A stretch of 64,000 bases of DNA, taken from a virus. Made by a program: the position numbers and the translations under genes. The DNA is taken from IMG/VR virus record IMGVR_UViG_3300005265_000549, positions 25,202-89,201 of that record. One strand, given 5' to 3'. This document shows, piece after piece, positions 38,966 through 48,547 of the stretch. The first letter of the stretch is position 1; each line of letters starts with the position of its first letter. The notes beneath the pieces were generated by a model. That model searched no databases. It was not told where the DNA came from and saw only the letters and a list, made by a program, of their open reading frames with translations.

Positions 38966-41900
38966 TTAGCAGTAAATTCTCTTTCAACTTTAAAATTTAT
39001 TATTGAATTATAAACAGTATGTCTAATTATTGAAATAATTTCATGATCAATATCAACAAACATATCAATTTTAGATGTTATGTATTGATCAGCAATTCCT
39101 GGATAAATTAAATTTCCTGGATAATAATCATTTTCTGGATATACTTGTTTAAAAATATCAGCTACAAAAGGAATAACTTTATAACAAATTACATTTGTGA
39201 TTTCTGTAGTAACAGGAATATTTGTAACTAATTCAATTTTATGAAATGAAGTTGCTATCGCATCTGATAAACTAAAATCTAAAGAAATATCAGAAACTAT
39301 TTCAATTGCTCCAGCTCCAGTAACATCAATATCTGTAATTTCTGTATTAACAGGAATATTTGCAATTAAATCTTTATGAATTATTGCATCAATATCTGTA
39401 ATTTCTGTATTAACAGGAATATTTGCAACTAAATCTCTAGAAATTATTCGTTCAACATCAATATCTGTAATTTCTGTATTAACAGGAATATTTGTAATTA
39501 AATCTCTTTCATTATCAACAGTAATTAATTCTATATCAGAAATTATTGAAATGTTTGCTGATAAACCAATTCCTGTAATTTCAAAAACAGTAATATCTGA
39601 ACAAACAAATTGATCTGGAAAACCAGGATAAAATGTATCTGAAGGATATATTATTGTTCCAGGATATAATTGTTTAAAAATATTTGATCTAAATTCACGT
39701 TTGACAGCAAATATTGTATCTGATAAATTAAAATTATTATTAATTGAAGATGAAAATTCTCTAGCTACTGAACAATCTAAATCTCCTAAATAAAATGTTC
39801 CAAGAGAATTAGCTGTAAAAGTCAATGATGTAGTTTCTGTAGCTTCGATTTCTGAAACATCAAATTCAATACTAATATCAGTTTCTAATTCTCTATCAAC
39901 TTCAATATCAACATTAGAAGTTTTTGAAGTATGAATAACTTCTGAACTTAATGGTCTATCAGTAACTTCTATAGCATTAATATCTGAAGTTTGTGTAGTA
40001 AATGAAATATTTGTTGATAAATTATGTTCAACATTAGAAATAGGATTATTTAAACTAAATTCTAGTTGTATATTTGCATTTAATGTTTTTTCAGTAACTT
40101 CAATAGCATCAATTTTAGATAATACAAATTGATCTGAAATACCAGGATAAAAAGTTATTCCAGGATAACTACTATCATTTGGAAAAAGTTGTCTAAATAT
40201 ATCTGCTCTGAAATCACGTTCATTATAAAAAATTGCGTTTGATAGTGAAAAATTACATAAATTATTTTCACTTAAATCACGTTCGACACTAGAAATAAAA
40301 TTATTTAAATTAAATTCTGATTGAATATTTGCACTAAATTCTCTATCATTATCAACTATTGGATTGGCTAAAGAAAATACAATAGGAATATTAGAGGTAA
40401 TATCTCTTTGAAATAAAATTTCATCAATATTTGAAGTTTGTGTAGTAAATGAAATATTTGCTTCAAATTCATGATTTAAACCTAAATAAAAATTTTCAAC
40501 ATTAAAATCAATTGAAATTTGTGCAGTAAGACTAATTCCAGTAGTTTCTAAAGCTGTAACATTTGAACAAACAAATTGATCAGCTATTCCAGGAAATACT
40601 TGTTCACCTGGATAATAATCATTTTCTGGATATACTTGTCTAAATATATCTGCTTTTAAATCTCTTTCAACTATTCCTTGAATATCTGTAGAATCAATAT
40701 TAATAGGAATAGAAGTATTAAATTCTCTATCTATATCAACTATTGGATCAGTTAAATTAATAACATTTTGAATATTAGAACTAAATTCTCTATCTATATC
40801 AACGATTGGATCAGTTAAATTAATAACATTTTCAATTGATGTTGATAATTCTCTAATTATATCTAAATCAACATTTGTAATTTCTGTATTAACAGGAATA
40901 TTTGCAACTAAATCTCTATGTACTAATGACTCAATATTTGTAATTTGAGAAGTAAATGGTTGATTAGCTAATAATTCACGGACTCCATAAAATATTGTGT
41001 CATTAGTTGAAAAAGAAATATTAATATTTGAAGATAATTCTCTGATAGTAATTTCAACAATATCAATTTTAGATAATACAAATTGATCTGAAATGCCAGG
41101 ATAAACCCCATTTCCAGGATAAAATGTAGTATTTGGATATAATTGTCTAAATATATCTGCTCTGAAATTTCTTTCAATAATTAATTCAATATCAGAAATT
41201 TCAGAAATATTTATAATTGAAGCAGATAATTCTCTATCTATATCAACTATTGGATTAGTGAAATCAATATCATTAGAAATTGTAGCAGATAATTCTCTTA
41301 AAACAGTAGAGTCAACATTTGTAATTTCTGTATTAACAGGAATGTTTGATTCTAATTCTCTTAAAACAGTAGAGTCAACATTTGTAATTTCTGTATTAAC
41401 AGGAATGTTTGATTCTAATTCTCTTAAAACGGTAGAGTCAATATCTGTTATAGAAGAAATAACAGGAATGTTTGATTCTAAAGATCTAACAATATAAAAA
41501 ATTGAATTATTAGTTAAAGTTGAATTACTTATATTACTAGATAATTCTCTATCTATATCAACTATTGGATTAGTTAAATTAATAACATTTTGAATATTTG
41601 AAATTAAATCACGTTCAACAGTAGAATCAACATTAGTAATTTGATAAGTCGTAGATATATTATTATCTAATGATCTTACAACATGAAAAATTGCATCATT
41701 AGTTAGAGTTGAAGCACTAATATCAGCTTCAAAAGTAATAACAGTAATTTCAATAATATCAATTTTAGATAATACAAATTGATCAGATATACCAGGGTGG
41801 ACACCATCTCCTGGATAAAAATTTGAGGAAGGATAGAGTTGACGATAAATATCAGCTCTTAAATCACGTTCATTATAAAAAATTGCATCTGAAATTGATA

Positions 41901-44900
41901 GATTAACTGATAAAGTAGCTAATAAATCTCTTTCAGCTTTAACATTAATATCATTTGTTTGAGAAATTAAACTTATATTTGTTGATAATTCTCTTACTGA
42001 TGACAAATCAATAACTGAATTAGAATATACAATTGAAATTGAAGATACTAAATCTCTTTGAACTTTAGAATCAATATCAGTTAATGAAGAAACAAATGGT
42101 AAATTTGTTTCTAAATCTCTTTGAACTTTAGAATCAATATCAGTTAATGAAGAAACAAATGGTAAATTTGAACTTAATTCACGTTCAGCTTTTATATTAA
42201 TAATATTTAAAGAATCTGGTAATCTATTTGATGAATGAAATTTATTAGATATTATATTATCAGTAGGACAAATATTTGAATAATAAAGCTCGTCGAAAAG
42301 AAGGGAGTTTCCATAAGATTTACGACGTGCCATTTCTAACTTACCATCACCAGCATAAGTGAAATAATTATCTCCCAAAGATGAGCCGTCGAATTCCAAT
42401 ACACCATTAACATACATTTTAGGATTACCGCCATTTTTCCAGGTAATATCTATTGTATATTCAGTATTGGCAGAATAATTAATAAAACCACCCACATAAG
42501 ATCCATTTGCTGCTAAAGCCATACCAATATCCCGCATCACAGCGTGTAATTGTAAGGTTGTCCCCTGACAAATCGTACATAATGTTCCATTCGTATACCC
42601 ATCATGGTCTGTCATTTCCTTTTCAGAATTAACCACAAAATGTACATGACCATCTTTGGTTAGATCAAGATCAGTCTGGTAATTCAACTTCCCAGCAGAC
42701 CGTGAACCATCGACAAAGGAAGTTGAGAAGGATTTTTTTTCGAGTTGAACCCCGTCAACATATATAATAGCGCTTTTAGCACAAGGTATGCTTCCACGAA
42801 GCCTTAAAGCAAACTCAATATTTGTTTCATTTGAGGTTGTAAAAATAGTTTCCAGTCTTTCAAATTTTGAATTGTCTCCACTAGAATAAGCACTCCAATG
42901 AGTTATGTACCCTCCGTCATAATATTCAATAATTTCAAGTTTAACATTCTCGGATGTTTTTACATAAGCAGTAAAAGCATAAGTTGTGTCAACAGTGGCG
43001 GAAATTTTACTGGCTGGGGAAGCAATCGTCGCAAAAAAGTTATCAGCTTCCGAAGCATCAGTCGTAATCTTAACTGAATAATCTCCAAATTTACTTGTTT
43101 CATTTGTCCGAACTATTGAGCAACGATAACTTCCCTCCCAATCATCTAAATTAATTTCTACAGAAGGATTTGATGCCAAATTCTCTGTCGCTTCCTCAAC
43201 CGCTACCGCACCACCAAACTTACCCTCATCAGGACGCATGGTAACAAGATATCCAGGCTCTGGAGTTATTGTTTTATCTACAGAAGTTAAACTATTTTTT
43301 TTATTTAATTCTTCATCATATTCATAAAATTGAAAATCATCAAAATATATTGTATTAGTTCCTGTTCCATAATTAGGAAGAGTCATAAATACAATATATT
43401 CAGTTCCTCTACGAAATTTATTATATACTGGTTGTTGATTATATAAATTAACACCTTCAATAATTCCAGAATAATTAGTCCATTCTATTGGAGCAATCAT
43501 ATTAGAAGCTAAATTATAATTATAAGATGCACCTGATGAAGAATTTCCAATTTCAGTACCTTTAGAAAATGATGCTCCAACAGTATATCCACTATATAAA
43601 GTAATTTTCCAAATATCTTTTGATGAAGTTGTTGTTTTAGTATAAGGATATAATGTTGAACCTTCAGTTACTTGTTGACCCCAAAGATATAATCCAGAAG
43701 AACCATCACCTTGATAAGAATTTGAACCACTTACTCTTATATGATTATGAAGATTTAAAATTGTTGCATCAGATCCAGTTGTTATTGGAACAGAACATCT
43801 ATACCAACCACTACCAACAGATTCAATTGCTACTCCAGAACTACCTGTACAGGTTCCATTCGTTAAATCAAAATAACCATTAACAGATACTCTTGTTGAA
43901 TTATTATCATAATAATAAAAAGCTAAAGTATCTCTTTCTCCTTTTTTAGCATATACTGACATATTATAAGTAGTGCTTGAAGAAATACTAATATCGGTTT
44001 GATAAGTATAATGATAATTGTCATCAGAATTTTCAACTAATTTATCTGCAGTAGTCGTTCCATCTGGTGCAGTTATCGCATTTGCAGAAATTGAAGCATA
44101 ACCACAATGATTTGGAGAAGTATCAAAAGCTTCACTTTGTAAAGCAATATTTGTTATAGTTTCTATTGAATCAGAATCTGAAGAAATTCTTAAAGTTTTA
44201 TCTGGTAATTCATGATCATCTTCAGTAGGATTAAATTGAATAAATGAATTTGAAACAGCAAACCAATTTTCACTTGCTGGTTCAACATAAACAATATTAT
44301 CACTAGAAGTAACATCAGCAGCTAAAGTTGTATCTTTATCAGGATCTCTCCAACATGCAGCATAAGAAATAGTATTTTTATTTTTATCTAAACATTTAAA
44401 ACCTAAATAAATTTTAGCACTATCGCTAATAGATTTTATAGCTACTTCTTCTTTATATTTTTTTTCTATACAAACATTTATTGGAATATCAGAAAAATTA
44501 CTATTTGTAGATGTAACTTTAACACAACCTAATTCTTTAAAACCTTCAGTTCCATCATATACAAAACTAGAAAAATTTGTATTATTTTTATATTCTAAAT
44601 TTCCATTATAAAATAAATTATCTTTATCAAATCTAAATAATTTTTCTTTAATAGAAGAAATATTAATTTCATTAATAAGTTTTCTTATTAAATTAGCTTG
44701 AATATCTTTACCAGTTGGTATATCTAATCTTGAAGGGCCAGCAAATATTTCTTTTATTTTATTATCTGTTGGACAATAAATACTATAATAAAGCTCATCG
44801 AAAAGGACAGAATTAACACATTGACCAACATATCTACCCATTTCTAACTTACCATCACCAGCATAGGTAAAATAATCATCACCTAAAGAACTACCATCAT

Positions 44901-45462
44901 ATTTTAATTCACCATCAACATATAATTTAGGATTACCACCATTTTTCCAAGTGACATCTATTGTGTAATCAATACTTTTTGTAAAAGATTGAATATAATG
45001 ACTTGAACCTTTTACTATTAAATATAAACCACTTTGATACATCCAAATATCTAACTGACGTGTGGTTCCCCGTCCGATAGTACACAAAGCACCACTATAA
45101 TAACTAATATGATCTGTTGGATTTTTATGAGAATTAACCACAAAATGCACATGACCATCTTCAGTCAAATCAAGATCAGTCTGGTAATCCAATGCTCCGG
45201 GAGCAGTAACTTCTACAACTTCAATATTATCGTAATAAACAGTATTATCAACTGAACTAACTGTTGAATATAAATAAACTCTTGCTTGAGTCGTTCCAGC
45301 AGGCATAGTCACGATAATTTCTAATTCTTGCCACGATCCATTACCTTCTCTAGAAATTGTATGACTTGATGGTGTTGTCTGGTCTCTAAGATTTATATAA
45401 GCATAATTTCCAGATTCTGCAAAAAAATTAACTTTAAGTCTATAAGTTTTATTTTCACTCAC
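38917..45462 (-). CDS. Giant fibre/spike protein, middle segment (CBM-like and LamG-like modules, then ~21-aa beta repeats)
   Basis: GKFGGAVAVEE, NPSVE..QLEK..FSTSF, duplicated YQTDLDLT...LFDELYYS module and R.L..NIPVNTEIT repeats. The GTG start is in frame with the upstream ORF. Confidence 0.8.
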   Translation of the reverse strand: MSENKTYRLKVNFFAESGNYAYINLRDQTTPSSHTISREGNGSWQELEIIVTMPAGTTQARVYLYSTVSSVDNTVYYDNIEVVEVTAPGALDYQTDLDLTEDGHVHFVVNSHKNPTDHISYYSGALCTIGRGTTRQLDIWMYQSGLYLIVKGSSHYIQSFTKSIDYTIDVTWKNGGNPKLYVDGELKYDGSSLGDDYFTYAGDGKLEMGRYVGQCVNSVLFDELYYSIYCPTDNKIKEIFAGPSRLDIPTGKDIQANLIRKLINEINISSIKEKLFRFDKDNLFYNGNLEYKNNTNFSSFVYDGTEGFKELGCVKVTSTNSNFSDIPINVCIEKKYKEEVAIKSISDSAKIYLGFKCLDKNKNTISYAACWRDPDKDTTLAADVTSSDNIVYVEPASENWFAVSNSFIQFNPTEDDHELPDKTLRISSDSDSIETITNIALQSEAFDTSPNHCGYASISANAITAPDGTTTADKLVENSDDNYHYTYQTDISISSSTTYNMSVYAKKGERDTLAFYYYDNNSTRVSVNGYFDLTNGTCTGSSGVAIESVGSGWYRCSVPITTGSDATILNLHNHIRVSGSNSYQGDGSSGLYLWGQQVTEGSTLYPYTKTTTSSKDIWKITLYSGYTVGASFSKGTEIGNSSSGASYNYNLASNMIAPIEWTNYSGIIEGVNLYNQQPVYNKFRRGTEYIVFMTLPNYGTGTNTIYFDDFQFYEYDEELNKKNSLTSVDKTITPEPGYLVTMRPDEGKFGGAVAVEEATENLASNPSVEINLDDWEGSYRCSIVRTNETSKFGDYSVKITTDASEADNFFATIASPASKISATVDTTYAFTAYVKTSENVKLEIIEYYDGGYITHWSAYSSGDNSKFERLETIFTTSNETNIEFALRLRGSIPCAKSAIIYVDGVQLEKKSFSTSFVDGSRSAGKLNYQTDLDLTKDGHVHFVVNSEKEMTDHDGYTNGTLCTICQGTTLQLHAVMRDIGMALAANGSYVGGFINYSANTEYTIDITWKNGGNPKMYVNGVLEFDGSSLGDNYFTYAGDGKLEMARRKSYGNSLLFDELYYSNICPTDNIISNKFHSSNRLPDSLNIINIKAERELSSNLPFVSSLTDIDSKVQRDLETNLPFVSSLTDIDSKVQRDLVSSISIVYSNSVIDLSSVRELSTNISLISQTNDINVKAERDLLATLSVNLSISDAIFYNERDLRADIYRQLYPSSNFYPGDGVHPGISDQFVLSKIDIIEITVITFEADISASTLTNDAIFHVVRSLDNNISTTYQITNVDSTVERDLISNIQNVINLTNPIVDIDRELSSNISNSTLTNNSIFYIVRSLESNIPVISSITDIDSTVLRELESNIPVNTEITNVDSTVLRELESNIPVNTEITNVDSTVLRELSATISNDIDFTNPIVDIDRELSASIINISEISDIELIIERNFRADIFRQLYPNTTFYPGNGVYPGISDQFVLSKIDIVEITIRELSSNINISFSTNDTIFYGVRELLANQPFTSQITNIESLVHRDLVANIPVNTEITNVDLDIIRELSTSIENVINLTDPIVDIDREFSSNIQNVINLTDPIVDIDREFNTSIPINIDSTDIQGIVERDLKADIFRQVYPENDYYPGEQVFPGIADQFVCSNVTALETTGISLTAQISIDFNVENFYLGLNHEFEANISFTTQTSNIDEILFQRDITSNIPIVFSLANPIVDNDREFSANIQSEFNLNNFISSVERDLSENNLCNFSLSNAIFYNERDFRADIFRQLFPNDSSYPGITFYPGISDQFVLSKIDAIEVTEKTLNANIQLEFSLNNPISNVEHNLSTNISFTTQTSDINAIEVTDRPLSSEVIHTSKTSNVDIEVDRELETDISIEFDVSEIEATETTSLTFTANSLGTFYLGDLDCSVAREFSSSINNNFNLSDTIFAVKREFRSNIFKQLYPGTIIYPSDTFYPGFPDQFVCSDITVFEITGIGLSANISIISDIELITVDNERDLITNIPVNTEITDIDVERIISRDLVANIPVNTEITDIDAIIHKDLIANIPVNTEITDIDVTGAGAIEIVSDISLDFSLSDAIATSFHKIELVTNIPVTTEITNVICYKVIPFVADIFKQVYPENDYYPGNLIYPGIADQYITSKIDMFVDIDHEIISIIRHTVYNSIINFKVEREFTAKQIFLLIHKLQTLNHK
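41290..41480. repeat. 63-bp tandem repeat (about 3 copies) encoding RELESNIPVNTEITNVDSTVL
   Basis: Unit starts at 41290, 41353 and 41416. Confidence 0.85.
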
Positions 45463-45480
45463 GGTGAAAGTTTGGGTAAG

Positions 45481-46368
45481 TCAACCAGCGCCTGAATTCA
45501 CACCATCTTGAACCATTTTATGCGAATATGTTCCATATTTTGATTTATCGGATACTACTGAATGAGTTGCATATGTAGAATTACAATTCCAACTCCATCC
45601 GGTTTCATCACCATCCTCAAATCCTGGATTTGTTGCTACTTTATTATCACTTCCAATAGTAGTAAATGAATTTGACCATTTACATTTTTCTAATTGCCAT
45701 TCTGAAATTGTTATTGAACCAGTAGCATCAGTAGCATCATTAAAATAAGCAAGTAAAGCAATACTTACTGTGTCATCATATACATTGAAACTATTATATT
45801 CAAATCTTTCTAAATAATCTTCAGAAGCATCTGCTTTTAAAATTGATTTTGTTAAATATCCTGCTGAAGATCCTTCAGAGTTAATAAATCTAATTGCAAA
45901 AGTAATTTTAGTAGCATCAGCAGGCCAACTATTAACTTTATATTTTCCAGAAAATGAAATTAATTCACCTGGTACTAATTCATTAGATAAATATCCAGAA
46001 ACTGATGTTGATAAATAATACCAATCATCAATAGAAGAAAAAGTTGCTGAACCATCACCATTTAAGGTAATATAATTAGAACGCCAACCAGTACCTGCTG
46101 AAAAATCAACTGAAAAATCAGCAACTAATTTATTACAATGTGATTCTTCAACTGCTACCGCTCCACCAAATTTTCCATCATCTCTAAGAGTAGTCACAGA
46201 ACCAGAAAGTGGTTCTGTTAAACCATCAGTTGATTTTAAATCAACATCAAATCTAAATAATTTAGGTTGTACTGTATCTGATTTTATATTTGCTGAAAAC
46301 AAATATGTTGCTACATCAGGATATTGACCATTATCTGGATATAAAGAATTTTTTGGATATAGACTCAT
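45481..46368 (-). CDS. Giant fibre/spike protein, N-terminal segment, ending at an in-frame TGA
   Basis: MSLYPKNSLYPDNGQYP, FRFD and DGKFGGAVAVEE. The CBM-like NPGFEDG domain is cut mid-domain by TGA. GATAAATA at 46405-46412. Confidence 0.8.
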   Translation of the reverse strand: MSLYPKNSLYPDNGQYPDVATYLFSANIKSDTVQPKLFRFDVDLKSTDGLTEPLSGSVTTLRDDGKFGGAVAVEESHCNKLVADFSVDFSAGTGWRSNYITLNGDGSATFSSIDDWYYLSTSVSGYLSNELVPGELISFSGKYKVNSWPADATKITFAIRFINSEGSSAGYLTKSILKADASEDYLERFEYNSFNVYDDTVSIALLAYFNDATDATGSITISEWQLEKCKWSNSFTTIGSDNKVATNPGFEDGDETGWSWNCNSTYATHSVVSDKSKYGTYSHKMVQDGVNSGAG

Positions 46369-46422
46369 ATATTGATTTTAATACCTGTATTTAAATTTAT
46401 AAAGTATTTATCGATATATTAT

Positions 46423-46818
46423 TTAATTTAATCTAAACCATTGAAGATTTTTATTTATAATAAAAATTGTTATATCATATTTATTTGCTACAGACATCAA
46501 TAAATTAATAAAATGATAATCTTTCTCAAAATCTTCTATTATCAATAAAACTGCTGGTTTTTTTCCTGTGTTAATAGCGTAACTTAATGATTGACCAATT
46601 GATTCAGCCCATTTACTTGCAAAATCAACTTCAACAGCATATTGTTCAGTTAAACAATCAACTCTTGTTCTATTTGATAATACATATTCACATTGACCAT
46701 TATTTTGATCACACCACGCCTTTTGATAATATTTTTCAAGATGTAAATGTTTAGCTTCAACATTAATACTAAAAAATAAAATAAATAAAATTGTTATTAA
46801 AATAAAAATTTTTTTCAT
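46423..46818 (-). CDS. Signal-peptide-bearing protein with a PD-(D/E)XK-like fold
   Basis: MKKIFILITILFILFFSINVEA leader; RVDCLT..YAVEVDFA.KWAESIGQSL.YA. Confidence 0.55.
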   Translation of the reverse strand: MKKIFILITILFILFFSINVEAKHLHLEKYYQKAWCDQNNGQCEYVLSNRTRVDCLTEQYAVEVDFASKWAESIGQSLSYAINTGKKPAVLLIIEDFEKDYHFINLLMSVANKYDITIFIINKNLQWFRLN

Positions 46819-47070
46819 TTATAAATCAGTTTCTTCATCATTATCATTATTAAAAATATCAACTTTTGATTTTGATATTTCTTGAATTAATTTTTTTCCA
46901 TTAACCATACCTTTATCATCCATCATATTAACAATAATTAAAATTATTTCTAATTTTCTTTTATCATCATTTTGAATAGTTTTAAAAATTTCTTGAAAAG
47001 GTGCATTATCTTTTTCATTAGTAAATAAAGGTAATAATTGTAAAATACTTGCTACTGGAATTGTTGACAT
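46819..47070 (-). CDS. Hypothetical protein
   Basis: Tightly packed ORF in the operon. Confidence 0.5.
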   Translation of the reverse strand: MSTIPVASILQLLPLFTNEKDNAPFQEIFKTIQNDDKRKLEIILIIVNMMDDKGMVNGKKLIQEISKSKVDIFNNDNDEETDL

Positions 47071-47071
47071 A

Positions 47072-47587
47072 TTATATTTCCTCCATTAATTTATTAAATT
47101 CATCCATATTTTTAATAATTCTTAAAGGTTTTAACCAAGAAGAAGAGACACAATAACTTGGATCAATTTTATATGTTTTGACTGTATTATTAAATAATTG
47201 ATAATTTTTATTTAAATTACAATCATCAGTAACTTGATGTGAACAAAACCATTTTTTAGGATCATCTTTCCAAAGAAATCTTGTCATAAAATTAAATCCA
47301 GCTAAAGCACGCCAATCATATTTACAACCTACTTTTTCTTCAGCTCTTCTCCAAACTTGTCTATGATATTCTTGAGGATATTGTAAAGATAATAATAAAA
47401 CTTCTGTACCTTTTTTATGATCATCCCATAGAGTTTTAAAAAATTGAACTCCTCCTTTTAATCTAGATTCAATTGAATGACCCTTTTCATTTATTAAAGC
47501 AACATGAGAAAACTTTCCCCAAGTTTCTAATTTAATCGCTTTTGAAGTCCATTTTTTTCCTTTATAAGCACCAACAAAAATTTTCAT
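47072..47587 (-). CDS. Permuted papain-like (NlpC/P60, YiiX-like) enzyme
   Basis: FSHVAL...G.KYDW...KWFCS, with His before Cys. Confidence 0.75.
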   Translation of the reverse strand: MKIFVGAYKGKKWTSKAIKLETWGKFSHVALINEKGHSIESRLKGGVQFFKTLWDDHKKGTEVLLLSLQYPQEYHRQVWRRAEEKVGCKYDWRALAGFNFMTRFLWKDDPKKWFCSHQVTDDCNLNKNYQLFNNTVKTYKIDPSYCVSSSWLKPLRIIKNMDEFNKLMEEI

Positions 47588-47772
47588 TTTTTAAGTCCTG
47601 TTTTTAAATAAGTTGCAAAAGATGATAACCAAGCAGTTCCTCCATATGGAACCCATTTTAAAATATCATTATTTTTACCAAAATAACCAAGAAGACCAAC
47701 TCCAACAATTAATATCAAAGCTAATGCAAACAATGCTAATTCGTCCCCACTTCCTTCTGAAAAAAATTTCAT
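47584..47772 (-). CDS. Small two-TM membrane protein (holin-like)
   Basis: Two hydrophobic segments and a basic C-terminus, next to an M23 peptidase. Confidence 0.45.
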   Translation of the reverse strand: MKFFSEGSGDELALFALALILIVGVGLLGYFGKNNDILKWVPYGGTAWLSSFATYLKTGLKK

Positions 47773-47790
47773 TATTAACTCCTCCTTTTT

Positions 47791-48186
47791 TTATAATTTT
47801 CCAACCAATAAACTTAAATCAAATGAATCCATTTCTGTATGTATATGATTAGTCATATTTTTACCATATTTTTTTGTTATATCTTGAGCATAACCTATAA
47901 TATCACCAGCTTTTAAAAATTTACCTATAATATTTTCAAGTGGTGATATATAAAAAATTTTTATTCTCATATATTTATTTCCAATTAAAAGACCTTTATA
48001 ATAAAGATCTCCTACATAAGGATATGCTAATCTAATTATTTTACAATCAATAGGAGTATAAATTTCTTCATAAGGACGTGCTTCCCAATCAACACCTTGA
48101 TGGATATGATTTCCTCTTGGTGCTAAATAATGTCCATCACCCATTGAATCACTTCTAATTTTTGGATTTTTAGTAAATGTAAGCAT
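47791..48186 (-). CDS. M23 family metallopeptidase (putative endolysin)
   Basis: HQGVD (HxxxD) and HIH (HxH) zinc motifs; GDIIGYAQ. Confidence 0.8.
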   Translation of the reverse strand: MLTFTKNPKIRSDSMGDGHYLAPRGNHIHQGVDWEARPYEEIYTPIDCKIIRLAYPYVGDLYYKGLLIGNKYMRIKIFYISPLENIIGKFLKAGDIIGYAQDITKKYGKNMTNHIHTEMDSFDLSLLVGKL

Positions 48187-48187
48187 A

Positions 48188-48547
48188 TTAATCTAATCCT
48201 GATATTTTTTTAATAAATTTAGCAAATAATAGAAACCATTTTGGACATTTATTCGAATGAATAAAATCTGATAATTCATCAATTTCTTTTTTAAGAATTT
48301 TAGGACTATGATCACCTTCCCAACAACTCTTATGATCTTTCATTAAAATATTTAAATTTTTTGCATTTTCTTTTAATTTAATTACTTCAGGACATAACAC
48401 ATCTTTTAATGAAGTTTGTATTTTTTTTAATTCTTCATTTTGTAAAAGAATTTCTTTTTTTAATTCTGTTATATGATTATTATTTTCATCCCTGGTTGTT
48501 TTAATTAATTCTTTAATAACTAAAAATAAATCAGAAAATTCACTCAT
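48188..48547 (-). CDS. Hypothetical coiled-coil protein
   Basis: Operonic ORF. Confidence 0.5.
   Translation of the reverse strand: MSEFSDLFLVIKELIKTTRDENNNHITELKKEILLQNEELKKIQTSLKDVLCPEVIKLKENAKNLNILMKDHKSCWEGDHSPKILKKEIDELSDFIHSNKCPKWFLLFAKFIKKISGLD

Noticed and set aside
38963-38971. IS10-like target (NGCTNAGCN) or canonical slippery site at the frameshift
   Set aside because: The 9-mer fits the palindrome, but there is no duplication or transposase and a 5-nt gain is not the expected footprint. No X XXY YYZ heptamer is present.
39320-42170. CRISPR-like array
   Set aside because: The repeats are in-frame coding units of about 63 bp without unique spacers, and there are no cas genes.
42255-45190. 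Diversity-generating retroelement TR/VR pair
   Set aside because: The two module copies differ at all four bases and by indels, both lie in one ORF, and no reverse transcriptase is in the window.
45481-45483. Genome-wide TGA (or TAG) reassignment
   Set aside because: TGA ends several genes at ATGA overlaps (e.g. 2284-2287, 9744-9747, 10304-10307) and conserved genes are full length in code 11. Only this one TGA is mid-domain.
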